Shown: in pieces, positions 1 through 9,205 of the stretch | How the letters are laid out: every line of letters starts with the position of its first letter | Position numbering within the stretch: position 1 is the stretch's first letter | Source: Breznakia blatticola | GTDB taxonomy: Bacteria > Bacillota_I > Bacilli_A > Erysipelotrichales > Erysipelotrichaceae | Length of the DNA: 23,760 nt | Direction: 5' to 3' | Assembly (NCBI RefSeq): GCF_004365815.1 | Contig: NZ_SODD01000015.1 | Location: forward strand, 21,179-44,938 | The notes under the pieces: generated by a model | What the model was told of the DNA's origin: nothing | What the model saw: only the letters and a program-made list of their open reading frames with translations | The model's database searches: none | Translations under genes and position numbers: made by a program

Positions 1-414
1 TGCTTTAGCATCATCTACTTCTTGTTGTGTTGCATTTGTATCTGCTACTACTGTTTTAGCATCTGCTAGTGCATCTTTAAGAACAGCCCATGAATCTGCA
101 GTATAATCTGTTTCAGTTAATGCTTCTGCATTTGTAATTACAGTTGTAAGTCCAGTCTTATCAACAACTGCAACTGCTACTAAATCATCAATTGCACTTT
201 CTAGTGCTGCTTTAGCATCATCTACTTCTTGTTGTGTTGCATTTGTATCTGCTACTACTGTTTTAGCATCTGCTAGTGCATCTTTAAGAACAGCCCATGA
301 ATCAGTAGTGTAGTCTGTTTCAGTTAATGCTTCTGCATTTGTAATTACAGTTGTAAGTCCACTCTTATCAACAACAACTGGTGAATCTGCTAAATCAATG
401 CAAGGCACAACAAC
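1..414. repeat. Tandem 207-bp (69-codon) in-frame repeat inside the GH101 gene, encoding FIVAR-type modules. Copy 1 starts at the window edge.
   Basis: Positions 1-96 are identical to 208-303. About 168 nt per copy align with 5 mismatches before the copies diverge. The encoded unit is VVDK(S/T)GLTTVITNAEALTETDYT(T/A)DSWAVLKDALADAKTVVADTNATQQEVDDAKA. A third, diverged FIVAR-like module lies at about 1745-1930. Confidence 0.85.
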
Positions 415-3400
415 ATATCCATCTTCTATAGATTTCACTGTGAAATCTTCACGAACATTAGTTCCAGCATTATCTACAACAACATATGCATTTCCAAATG
501 CTACATTTTTAAATTTGTAATTTCCGTTTGCATCTGTGCTCGTTGTAAATGTTTTTAAACTCTTTGTACCTAATGCACTTACGATCATTTTTGACCCAAG
601 TAATGGTGATTGTGCATAAAGTGTAACTGTTTTACCAACAACAGGTGTATCGTTATTCACAACTTTTCCAGCTACTACTTCATTATCACCTACTGGTGGA
701 TCATATGAAGTTACAACAACGTTGTCCACTTTCACCGTATTTGCAACACGTGTGTTCATACCAACACGTCCTACTTCTTGTTGAACGCTTGCCATTGTTT
801 GGTCAAATACAAGTGTTCCGTCTACCCAAAGTTTCATTTGTGTATCAACGATTTCAACTTTAAGGTGTAATGTTTTTCCTGCAGTAAATGAAGGTCCAGT
901 GTACATAGATGACCACTTGTTACCATTTTTACCCCAGTATTCTGCAAACCATTGGTTCGAAGTATCTCCAGTACCGATATATACACGGTTATTCATATCA
1001 TTTGCACGAAGTAAGATACCTAAACGTTTTCCGTCACCTTCTGATGTTACATCCATTTCCACCACACCATTTTTAAATGTAGGTGCAGCTGTATCATATA
1101 CATTTGCATGTCCTGAAGGGAATTTTATTTTCGTTTGTCCAGCTTCATGTTGAATTGTTGTACTTGAGTTGTTACCTGCAAGGTTATCCCAAGTCGTTCC
1201 ATCCGTAAATGAGTTTACATAATCAGCAACTGATTCTGGTTCAATCATGTAGTGTTTAGTTAATGGTTCACCTTTTGTTACTTGAAGTTCACCATTAAAT
1301 ACATCATATCCAGATTCTGGTGATTGAATTTTAATTTTGTATGAACCAGTTGTTAAACCAGCAAATTCAAATGTTCCATCCAATCCAGTTGTTGTCGAAC
1401 TAGACACTCCTGCTTCGTTTTCAATACGTACAGTTGCATTAGGCACAATATCACCAACCGCTGTTGCTTTTGCTTGTAATGAGTTAGTTAAGCGTGTAAG
1501 TGTTATATTTTTTGTTACATCTACTTGTGCATTTGAAGTAGTTACTTTATCAACAACTGTTTCAAAGTATTTATGGTTCACTTGAATATCATGTGTTCCG
1601 AATGCAACACCATGAATTTCATAATATCCTTTGCTATTTGTTTTTGCTTTGACTTTTGTTCCCGCAACATCAATAACAACTTCGATATCCGCTTGTCCTT
1701 TACTACCTTCACTTACAGTTCCACTTACTGTATTTGCAACGATTTCAAGATTTGCAATTGCATCTTTCAGGTTTTTAACACCTTGATCTACTTGTGCTTG
1801 TGTTGCACTTGCTTTGTCAAGTAATGCTCTACCTTCTTCCATTGCATCCGTGAAATCTGCCCAAGACTCTGCACTGTAGTTTACTTCAATTAAGTCTTTA
1901 TTTGCATCAATTAATGCTTGTAATTCACTTCCATCAGAAACAACTTTTTCAATTACAACATTATCAATCATAATGTCTTTGTATCCTCTAAAGTCAGCGT
2001 TTCCTCCAGAATCACCTTGTAATTCAGGTGTAACATTTGTTGAGTAAATACCAAACCAAGTTTGTCCAGTTTCTGAACCTGTAATTCTTGCTTGGAATTT
2101 TTGTGCTTTATCTTTTGAGTGCGTTTCTGTTAATGGTGTTAAGTTTGAAGCTGATTTGAATTCTCCATCTCCAACCATCACTGCATATGTACCTGTTGAT
2201 CCTACTTCATAATCGAAACTTACCATGTATGTTTCATTTGGTTCGAATCTAAAGTTTTGTGGAATTGTTTGGTATACAAGTTTTGAACGAGTTACCAATC
2301 CATTTGTTTTTAATGACCAATCTCCTTCGATTACATCATCAATGATTTTTCCATTCCATCCACGTTGTGTGTATGGTTCGTGTTTTTCAGAAAGGTGTGT
2401 ACGGTTATCTTGTACTCCTTCAATACCTCCAACTACAAATGGGTAGATTCCTTGTGGGACATTTTCAAAGTCTTGAACAAACTTACCATCTTTCATTGTT
2501 TCTGATTCATTTTCAAATACACGAATATCATCAAAGTATGTAAATCCTTCTTTTGCTTCACGTGATAATGTCAATGTTACATCACTTCCATCACTTGGTG
2601 CTGTAAAGAATACATACATGTTTTGGAAATAACTTGAGCCATCTACAGTTGAACTATTTGTATTGTGTGATGCAGCTTTTATATAGTTTTTCGCAATTGA
2701 TCTTGTTGTGTAGTTTGAAATAGTTTCTCCATTTGCTTCTACAGAAATAAATGCTTTTGCATCACTTCTGTTATCTACACCTACATACACTGCATATTTT
2801 TGACCTGGTGTTAAACCAGTAATTTTTTGACTAAGTTTTACTTCATCCGTTGTATTATTCAATGTTAGCATACGGTTACTTGCTTGTGATTTTGTTACTG
2901 TTGCTGCCGCTGTTTCTCCAGTAATATCCCAAGCATCTAAGTTACCTGAGTTAAATCCAGTGTCAACGATATGTGAATATTCAGACCACTGCACATTTTC
3001 ATTTGTACGAGTGTCTTTGTATACTACATATCCTTTTCCTTTTTCTGCAGAAATTGTAATTTTTCCATCTGTAATTGCTACTGTTTTAGGATTGATTTTT
3101 CCATCTTCACTAAGTTCGTAAACAATTGCATTCGTATTCCATCCTGCAGGCACTGCCCATGTACTTGTTCCACCATCTTTATTGTAGTGGTAAAGTTTTT
3201 CATCAGCTGATGCAAGTTGGTTTCCGTTTTGGTCCCAGTTCCATGGAATTAAATATTTTTCACCATCCATGATAACTTTGTCATTTAATGTCATTGTACG
3301 TAAACGGTATCCTGCAGAAGCAAAATCATTTGATTGACGTTCAATAACCAAAGTGTCATTACCTTCTTTTAATGTCACCTTCATTTCAGGTGTCCATTGG

Positions 3401-6084
3401 TATGTTTCTCCATTATCAGTCATTGATACTGGTGTTCCATTTTCCCATTTAATAACTTTAAAGTGTTGTACGTATTTTGAAGCAATATTGTCTTCAAATA
3501 AGTTTTCCATATATGCTTCGTAGTCATTACGTCCTTGCCAACCTTCAAAGTCTTTCATATCGTATCCACCTAAAAGTGGATTAATAGCTGCTCCACCATA
3601 TGATGGGTAATCACCTACCCAAGAATCTTTTTGGTGGTTTTGAATAAATCGAGCAATTGAACTGTTTACACCCTTGTTTGAGTATCCTCCATAAGTAAGG
3701 TCTGCTGCCCAGTGTTGGAATGTTGAATCATAATTAAATGCATGTCCCCATTCACCAGCAACACGCCAACCTAGGTTATTGATTTCTTTTGCAAGTTGAC
3801 TACTTGCCCAAGTTCCATTATCACCAGATTGTCCATTACCCCAAACATCCACATAAATGAAATCTAAATCATTGCTAGCACCACCTAATGCATCATAGAA
3901 ATCTTTAAAGCGCTCTGCTCTTCCATGTGTTAAGTCGTATGCTGCATCAATATTAATTCCTTGATCTAACCAGTTCCATCCGTATTTATAGTTTCCATTT
4001 CCATCTTTCAATAAACGATCTTCATTGAAGTATTTTGATTCTGGATATGTTTCACTTGCATTAACGTGTACTCCGAATGTTGCACCATATTTTTTACCTT
4101 CTTTTAATAAAGTAATCATATCTTTTGCACCACCAATACGTGTACCGATATCTGCATAGTTTAAGTGTCCAGAGTCATGTCCTTCACTTCCATAACCTTT
4201 AAGTAAGATTGTTTGTCCCAATCCATCCGTGTGTAAGTATACTTTTTTTACATTATCCAATGTCATCAAGAATGGGTTTTGTGCCATACTACCAAAGTTC
4301 ATTGCAATACGCATCGCTACTAAATCAGGAACTGTTTCATAACCAAGCGGGTTATTCATAATATCTCTATATGCAATTGCCCCATCTTGCCAATCAACAA
4401 CCGCATCATCATTTTCATCACCTGTTATAACTACTTTTGCGCATGGCAATTCAGCTTCTGTATTTTGTTTACGATTTTCAGCACCTTTTTGGTATGTCCA
4501 ACGTGTGCTACTTAATCCTACATTTTTATATGTTTCATATTGTGTAGATGTAGCACTTACACGTTGCCAATCTGCTGATACTTTATTTTCTGAGTTTGAC
4601 CATAATCCAGCACTTAATGAACTATTTGAAACGAATCCAAATGTGTATCCAGTAACTGCTTTTGGCATTTGATCAACTGTGTAAAAACGGTCTCCAGTTT
4701 TATGTGTGTTTGTCGACATTTGAGATCCTGCAAAATTCGCACTTGATTGTGTATTACGTACACTCACTAAACTATGATTAGGTATCTCAATAGTTTTCAC
4801 AATTTTATTATCTACTACATTTGTAATATTAAAACTTAATGTATTTTTATCTACTGATAATACTGCTGTTAATACACAATCTATATCATTATCCACATCT
4901 TTCGCTGTTAATGTATACGTTGCTTTTGAACCTTCAGTTTTATCTAAAGTAACAGTTGGTGTAACTTCAACATCATTAATTTTAATCACTGATAATTCTT
5001 CTGTTTGTCCATAGAATTTACGTCCAGCAAGATCACCTTTCATTTCATAGTAGATAACTCGTGGGAATTCTGTATCAATTCCAACTTTCATATCACTACT
5101 TTCAATGTGTTTTGGTGCAGTTACTTCAATTTCTTCTTCTGCAAGTAATTTGATTTCACCTAAATTAATATCTTCAGTCTTTGCTTCAACTTTTGCTGCA
5201 TAGCTTTGATATCCAGGCTTTGAAATAACTAAATTGTAATCCCCACTTGTGATGTTTTGGAAAACGAATTGTCCTTGTGCATTCGTATTTGTTGAAACTG
5301 ATCCTAGTTTCACAAGTGCATTATCTAAAGGAGCATTGTTTGAGTCTTTTACAACCCCATTAATATTCACTTCTGTAATGACCGGTTCTTGATACTGTGC
5401 TTCAAATACTTCTCCACCATGATTAGTAGATAGTTTCCAAGTATCTGTATTGTTACTTATTGTATTTGTTGCATTTTTATATGTGACATTTTTAAACAAT
5501 ACATCAGTAACTGCGTCTTTATAAGATCCAGCTTTTAAATACACTTTATCTGCTTGTATTGATTGAAGAGCATTAATTGCATATGGATTCCCACTATTTG
5601 TTGGCGTTCCATTAATGTCCACCCACATTTTATTGTCTTCCCATTTTACTTTTAATGTTGTTTCTTCCCCTTGATTAGGTCCAGCAACACCTAGTTTTGG
5701 ATATGATCCAGAACCATTTACTTTATATTCGTAAAACCAGTTACTTGATGCATCCATTCCCACGAAAACAAAATTATTCTTGTCTACGTAGCGTAAATAC
5801 ACTCCAAACCTTGTGTCTGTTTTTGTCGAACGTGGGGTAAATGTAAATGATAACTCCCCATTATCTGGTGTACCCACCTCACTATTCGTCAATTCAAGTA
5901 GTGCGACTTTTGCGCCATTGTCATTTCCACTACCAGATGCAAATCTTCTGACTACTTCTTCCGTTTCGTCAGCTTGCACTTCTGGTTTTTGCAACGTATT
6001 TAAAGAAATACTTGGAAAAACTGATGTAATAAACATCATAAATGTAACCAAAAGCGCAAAACTTTGCCGTTTCATTCGTTTCAT
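1..6084 (-). CDS. Secreted multidomain GH101 endo-alpha-N-acetylgalactosaminidase (O-glycanase). The 5' end is complete; the 3' end runs off the left window edge (>=2028 codons).
   Basis: Not in the ORF track because there is no stop in the window. My own minus-strand translation from ATG 6084 (SD GGAGGG at 6090-6095, 5-nt spacer) stays open in one frame down to position 1; 6084 = 3 x 2028. The N-terminus MKRMKRQSFALLVTFMMFITSVFPSISLNTLQ looks like a signal peptide. GH101-type blocks are present: FPRVIYYEMKG, LGQTILLKGYGSEGHDSGHLNYADIG, and NDLDFIYVDVWGNGQSGDNGTW...GWRVAGEWGHAF. These blocks are flanked by LamG/ConA-like modules near both ends, several CarboxypepD_reg-like beta-sandwiches (e.g. 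GVVKDSNNAPLDNALVKLGSVSTNTNAQGQFVFQNITSGDYNLVISKPGY) and FIVAR modules. Confidence 0.9.
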   Translation of the reverse strand, partial: MKRMKRQSFALLVTFMMFITSVFPSISLNTLQKPEVQADETEEVVRRFASGSGNDNGAKVALLELTNSEVGTPDNGELSFTFTPRSTKTDTRFGVYLRYVDKNNFVFVGMDASSNWFYEYKVNGSGSYPKLGVAGPNQGEETTLKVKWEDNKMWVDINGTPTNSGNPYAINALQSIQADKVYLKAGSYKDAVTDVLFKNVTYKNATNTISNNTDTWKLSTNHGGEVFEAQYQEPVITEVNINGVVKDSNNAPLDNALVKLGSVSTNTNAQGQFVFQNITSGDYNLVISKPGYQSYAAKVEAKTEDINLGEIKLLAEEEIEVTAPKHIESSDMKVGIDTEFPRVIYYEMKGDLAGRKFYGQTEELSVIKINDVEVTPTVTLDKTEGSKATYTLTAKDVDNDIDCVLTAVLSVDKNTLSFNITNVVDNKIVKTIEIPNHSLVSVRNTQSSANFAGSQMSTNTHKTGDRFYTVDQMPKAVTGYTFGFVSNSSLSAGLWSNSENKVSADWQRVSATSTQYETYKNVGLSSTRWTYQKGAENRKQNTEAELPCAKVVITGDENDDAVVDWQDGAIAYRDIMNNPLGYETVPDLVAMRIAMNFGSMAQNPFLMTLDNVKKVYLHTDGLGQTILLKGYGSEGHDSGHLNYADIGTRIGGAKDMITLLKEGKKYGATFGVHVNASETYPESKYFNEDRLLKDGNGNYKYGWNWLDQGINIDAAYDLTHGRAERFKDFYDALGGASNDLDFIYVDVWGNGQSGDNGTWASSQLAKEINNLGWRVAGEWGHAFNYDSTFQHWAADLTYGGYSNKGVNSSIARFIQNHQKDSWVGDYPSYGGAAINPLLGGYDMKDFEGWQGRNDYEAYMENLFEDNIASKYVQHFKVIKWENGTPVSMTDNGETYQWTPEMKVTLKEGNDTLVIERQSNDFASAGYRLRTMTLNDKVIMDGEKYLIPWNWDQNGNQLASADEKLYHYNKDGGTSTWAVPAGWNTNAIVYELSEDGKINPKTVAITDGKITISAEKGKGYVVYKDTRTNENVQWSEYSHIVDTGFNSGNLDAWDITGETAAATVTKSQASNRMLTLNNTTDEVKLSQKITGLTPGQKYAVYVGVDNRSDAKAFISVEANGETISNYTTRSIAKNYIKAASHNTNSSTVDGSSYFQNMYVFFTAPSDGSDVTLTLSREAKEGFTYFDDIRVFENESETMKDGKFVQDFENVPQGIYPFVVGGIEGVQDNRTHLSEKHEPYTQRGWNGKIIDDVIEGDWSLKTNGLVTRSKLVYQTIPQNFRFEPNETYMVSFDYEVGSTGTYAVMVGDGEFKSASNLTPLTETHSKDKAQKFQARITGSETGQTWFGIYSTNVTPELQGDSGGNADFRGYKDIMIDNVVIEKVVSDGSELQALIDANKDLIEVNYSAESWADFTDAMEEGRALLDKASATQAQVDQGVKNLKDAIANLEIVANTVSGTVSEGSKGQADIEVVIDVAGTKVKAKTNSKGYYEIHGVAFGTHDIQVNHKYFETVVDKVTTSNAQVDVTKNITLTRLTNSLQAKATAVGDIVPNATVRIENEAGVSSSTTTGLDGTFEFAGLTTGSYKIKIQSPESGYDVFNGELQVTKGEPLTKHYMIEPESVADYVNSFTDGTTWDNLAGNNSSTTIQHEAGQTKIKFPSGHANVYDTAAPTFKNGVVEMDVTSEGDGKRLGILLRANDMNNRVYIGTGDTSNQWFAEYWGKNGNKWSSMYTGPSFTAGKTLHLKVEIVDTQMKLWVDGTLVFDQTMASVQQEVGRVGMNTRVANTVKVDNVVVTSYDPPVGDNEVVAGKVVNNDTPVVGKTVTLYAQSPLLGSKMIVSALGTKSLKTFTTSTDANGNYKFKNVAFGNAYVVVDNAGTNVREDFTVKSIEDGYVVVPCIDLADSPVVVDKSGLTTVITNAEALTETDYTTDSWAVLKDALADAKTVVADTNATQQEVDDAKAALESAIDDLVAVAVVDKTGLTTVITNAEALTETDYTADSWAVLKDALADAKTVVADTNATQQEVDDAKA
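3385..4330 (-). other. Approximate catalytic (beta/alpha)8 region of the GH101 enzyme
   Basis: This region spans LVAMRIAMNFGSMAQNPF... to ...GGYDMKDFEGWQGR. The candidate nucleophile is Asp in YVDVW (codon 746, nt 3847-3849). The candidate acid/base is Glu in AGEWGH, 32 residues later. Boundaries are judged by eye only. Confidence 0.6.
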
Positions 6085-6132
6085 TCATACCCTCCTTCTT
6101 GTCTGTTTTAATAAACATACAGATATATTTTG

Positions 6133-6160
6133 ATAATATCATTGTGAAATTAGGTGTCAA
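6133..6160 (-). promoter_or_regulatory. Predicted sigma-A promoter of the GH101 gene
   Basis: On the minus strand: TTGACA (6155-6160), 16 nt, TATTAT (6133-6138), with a TG at the extended -10 position (aaTGaTATTAT). It lies about 45 nt upstream of the start codon. Confidence 0.55.
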
Positions 6161-6363
6161 TCGAGCGATTTTGAAAGAAAGCAAGAATTCGATAAAATAT
6201 CTTGAAAACGCTTACAAATGTCTTTTGAATGTTGTATTTGTATCATTTTTTAAGAATCTTGCTCTTTTTTTGACTTTTTTCTGATTTTTATTCAAATCTT
6301 GATATTTTCGATTTTTTTATTACTTTATAACGCTTTTGCAGTATCTACTATTTTATAAATCAT

Positions 6364-6392
6364 TTGTCAGGTTGACATAATTAACCTATAAT
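6364..6392 (+). promoter_or_regulatory. Predicted sigma-A promoter of the AraC-family gene
   Basis: TTGTCA (6364-6369), 17 nt, TATAAT (6387-6392), followed by SD GGAGGAG and ATG 6416. Confidence 0.5.
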
Positions 6393-6415
6393 GAAGTTAA
6401 AGTGGAGGAGATAGA

Positions 6416-7267
6416 ATGAGCAATCATAGGTATTCATTTGAAAAAAGTAAAATCGAAAAAATGAATTTAAAGCTTCGTTATATCACGCATGCAGAAAGTG
6501 ATGTTGACTGGCATAGTATAAAACATACACATCATTTTACCGAGGTCTTTTTTATCGTAAATGGTGACGGTGGATTTCTTGTAGAAAATGAACGATTTCC
6601 AGTTAAAGAAGGGGATTTAATTATTATCAACCCAAATGTTGCCCACACCGAAGAAGGACATGATAAAGGTGGATTTGAATATATCGTTTTTGGTATTGAA
6701 GGTATGCAATTTATGAGCAATGAGACAAGTTTGGCTAAAGATTATGTCATTTCTAACTTCGAGAATAATAAAGTGATTATCTTGCATTATCTTAATACAT
6801 TACTTCAAGAAATTAAGCAAAAAGACGATAATTACGAAATGATCATTCAAAACATTTTGGAAATCTTAATGGTTCAAATTGTACGAAAAACCAATAATGC
6901 GATTTCCTATGTCGCTACAAAACGTATTTCCAAGGAAATAAAAGTAATTGAAGAATATATCAACAATCATTATGCAGAAGAAATTACACTTGATACATTA
7001 AGTAAACTTACATATTTAAATAAATACTATATCATTCATGAGTTTAAAGAATACAAAGGGGTTTCGCCAATTAGTTTTTTAATCGCAAAACGCATTGAAG
7101 AAGCAAAAATACTACTTGCGACTACCGATTATACAATCGCAAGAATTGGTGAATTGACCGGTTTTTCTAGTCAATCATACTTCTCACAAATCTTTAAAAA
7201 AGAAACCAATACATCACCAAATCAATATCGTCGTGCTGCATTAAAAAACGAAATTGATTTTGGTTAA
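6416..7267 (+). CDS. AraC-family transcriptional regulator (cupin-like sensor domain plus C-terminal HTH)
   Basis: 283-aa ORF with SD GGAGGAG. The N-terminus HHFTEVFFIVNGDG...GDLIIINPNVAHTE is cupin-like. The C-terminus LSKLTYLNKYYIIHEFKEYKGVSPISFL...IARIGELTGFSSQSYFSQIFKKETNTSPNQYRR is a typical AraC double HTH. It is divergent from the GH101 gene. Confidence 0.9.
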   Translation: MSNHRYSFEKSKIEKMNLKLRYITHAESDVDWHSIKHTHHFTEVFFIVNGDGGFLVENERFPVKEGDLIIINPNVAHTEEGHDKGGFEYIVFGIEGMQFMSNETSLAKDYVISNFENNKVIILHYLNTLLQEIKQKDDNYEMIIQNILEILMVQIVRKTNNAISYVATKRISKEIKVIEEYINNHYAEEITLDTLSKLTYLNKYYIIHEFKEYKGVSPISFLIAKRIEEAKILLATTDYTIARIGELTGFSSQSYFSQIFKKETNTSPNQYRRAALKNEIDFG

Positions 7268-7300
7268 AAAAAGGACACTTTCAATTGAAGTGTCTTTTTT
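7266..7300. terminator. Bidirectional rho-independent terminator between the AraC gene and asrC
   Basis: A-run, GACACTT (7274-7280), 7-nt loop, AAGTGTC (7288-7294), then T6. It reads as hairpin plus U-run on both strands. Confidence 0.7.
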
Positions 7301-7323
7301 CATCGTTTGTATAAGGTATATTT

Positions 7324-8397
7324 CTAGTGACTATCTTGTGAACCAGGACCCGCAGTAAGGTGGTCTGCAGGTGCTTTTACAGAGAAGTTTGAACGATATT
7401 CCGTTTCTGACCAATTGATTCGTTCAGCAACTAGGCATTCTGGATTTAGTTTTACTCCATCAAGAATCATTTCTTTGAATTTCATGTATCCTGCGCGGTC
7501 AATTAAGTGCCCTCCATGTAGATACATTGGTTTATAGTCAAGTGCCCAAGCAGAGAATTTTTGCCAGTTAGCTAATGCTCCCATTACAACTTCTTCACTT
7601 GCCCAATTTAGGAATACTTTACCTGCACGTGGTGTTTGTCTACCTGTACGTCCACCAATAATGACACGATAGAATTTTTTCGGATTCCGTGTCCATGCTC
7701 CAGTTGGACAAAATCGTACACATTCTCCACAACCTGTACAACAACAGTCATCTTTAGCAGGAATTCCATTTGGTGTTCCTGACAAGACACGTGTTGCACC
7801 ATGTTTACAGACAGCGACACATTTTCCACAACCAATACAACGTTCTGGGTGGAAGTCAATTTTCGCAATTCCGATAATTCCAAAATCGCACATGTTTGCT
7901 TTATTGCAATCGTTTGGACAACCAGATACATTACATTTAATGTGGTAGTTTGAAGGGAATACAAGTTTTTCCACTTTCTTTGCAACATCTTGTGTATTTA
8001 CGTTTCCACAAATACAGTGAACATTTCCAATACATGCAGTAACGTTACGTGCACCAATGGTTGGATATCCTGCTTCTGGATCCCACTGTTCTGGTTTACC
8101 AGCAACTTTATCCATATCAACGCCAGCTTCACCTTCTGTACCTTCAATGTACGTTCTGATGTATTTATTTACTTCATCGATATCTTCGTATTTAATCCCA
8201 GTAAAATCTAAGGTTTGACGTGTTCCCATATGGAAATTCCCATCTCCCCAGCGATCTGCAATTTCTGCTGCCATTTTTAAATATTCAGCTTTAATCACTC
8301 CACCAGGAACACGCATTTGAAGCATGAACTCGCCATCTACTTTTGATTGACGGTAACAGTTTTTACGTACTGCGCCAATATTAATATCTTTATTCAC
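7324..8397 (-). CDS. asrC: Anaerobic sulfite reductase subunit C (siroheme/4Fe-4S catalytic subunit)
   Basis: 357-aa ORF with a GTG start at 8397 and SD GGAGG 8 nt upstream. It has a nitrite/sulfite-reductase-like core with a ferredoxin insert (CIGCGKCVAVC, CTGCGECVRFCP). It is the third gene after asrA-like and asrB-like genes, which is the canonical asrABC order. Confidence 0.88.
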   Translation of the reverse strand: MNKDINIGAVRKNCYRQSKVDGEFMLQMRVPGGVIKAEYLKMAAEIADRWGDGNFHMGTRQTLDFTGIKYEDIDEVNKYIRTYIEGTEGEAGVDMDKVAGKPEQWDPEAGYPTIGARNVTACIGNVHCICGNVNTQDVAKKVEKLVFPSNYHIKCNVSGCPNDCNKANMCDFGIIGIAKIDFHPERCIGCGKCVAVCKHGATRVLSGTPNGIPAKDDCCCTGCGECVRFCPTGAWTRNPKKFYRVIIGGRTGRQTPRAGKVFLNWASEEVVMGALANWQKFSAWALDYKPMYLHGGHLIDRAGYMKFKEMILDGVKLNPECLVAERINWSETEYRSNFSVKAPADHLTAGPGSQDSH

Positions 8398-8409
8398 GTT
8401 AGCAACCTC

Positions 8410-9204
8410 CTAGTCCACTAAGTCTTTGGCAACGGTATAATTGAAGACTGGACCATCTTGACAAACATATGTTTCATCAATACGACAGTGTCCACATTTT
8501 CCTATTGCACATGACATTTTTCGTTCGAATGACATCCAGATTTTTTCTTCTGGAACACCACTTGCAAGCAATTCCAATCCAGTAAATTTCATCATCATTG
8601 GCGGACCGACAACAACAACTTCAAAGTTATCATTAAAATCTTTCCAAGGTATTTCAGAAATAAATTTTGTGACCAATCCTGATTTAAAGCCTTCAATTTC
8701 TTCATTATCTAATGTATATGTTGTGTTAAAGCGGTTTTTCCACATGTCTAATTCTTTTCTAAAAACGATACATTCTTCATTTTTAAATCCAGAGATTAAG
8801 TGTAAGCTTTCTACTTTGGACATATCACTATCGAGAATGTTTAGCATACTACGTACTGGAGCTAATCCTGTCCCTCCTGTAATAATAACAAGGTGTTTTC
8901 CAGTGAACCTTTCAATTGGCCAACCTTTTCCATAAGGACCACGCATAAAGATCGTATCTCCTGGTCGCATATTAAAGAATTCATCAGTTAGTTTTCCAAC
9001 ACTACGAATGGTAAATTCAAGATACCCATCTCCTTGTGCACTTACAGAAATTGGAGCTTCGCCAACTTTTGGGATGGATAATTGCATAAATTGTCCATGT
9101 TTTGGATGTACATCAGTAGCAACACGAAATGTCCATTCATGTATACTTTCTTTATCAATACTTAAGATTTCACAAGCTTTTGGTGTCAATATATTGTAAG
9201 CCAT
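8410..9204 (-). CDS. asrB: Anaerobic sulfite reductase subunit B (FAD/NAD(P)-binding plus 2Fe-2S)
   Basis: 264 aa. It has a flavoprotein-reductase fold (RPGDTIFMRGPYG, VIITGGTGLAPV) and a C-terminal cluster motif CAIGKCGHCRI. It is tightly packed between asrA and asrC. Confidence 0.88.
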   Translation of the reverse strand: MAYNILTPKACEILSIDKESIHEWTFRVATDVHPKHGQFMQLSIPKVGEAPISVSAQGDGYLEFTIRSVGKLTDEFFNMRPGDTIFMRGPYGKGWPIERFTGKHLVIITGGTGLAPVRSMLNILDSDMSKVESLHLISGFKNEECIVFRKELDMWKNRFNTTYTLDNEEIEGFKSGLVTKFISEIPWKDFNDNFEVVVVGPPMMMKFTGLELLASGVPEEKIWMSFERKMSCAIGKCGHCRIDETYVCQDGPVFNYTVAKDLVD

Positions 9205-9205
9205 C

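Noticed and set aside
2236-2250. ggttcgaatc string resembling a tRNA T-arm
   Set aside because: It lies inside the GH101 coding frame, with no acceptor or anticodon stem context around it.
645-6284. Plus-strand track ORFs 645-863, 899-1153, 1337-1585, 1573-1824, 2225-2446, 5813-6133 and 6099-6284, and minus-strand ORF 5969-6184
   Set aside because: Most lie antisense to, or out of frame with, the continuous 2028-codon GH101 reading frame, or in its promoter region. Their products are low-complexity, Cys/Phe/Leu-rich sequences typical of antisense translation of AT-rich coding DNA, and none has an SD. ORF 5969-6184(-) uses ATG 6088, only 1 nt after the SD, and is out of frame with the real gene.
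6372-6392. TTGACA at 6372-6377 paired with TATAAT at 6387-6392 as the AraC promoter
   Set aside because: The spacer is only 9 nt. The upstream TTGTCA (6364-6369) gives the proper 17-nt spacing to the same -10 element.
7608-7988. 126-aa ORF on the minus strand inside asrC, together with antisense ORFs 7990-8211, 8669-8935, 9008-9199, 9129-9323 and 9277-9507
   Set aside because: These are alternative-frame or antisense ORFs fully embedded in the well-supported asrA, asrB and asrC genes. They have no SD and no recognisable motifs.
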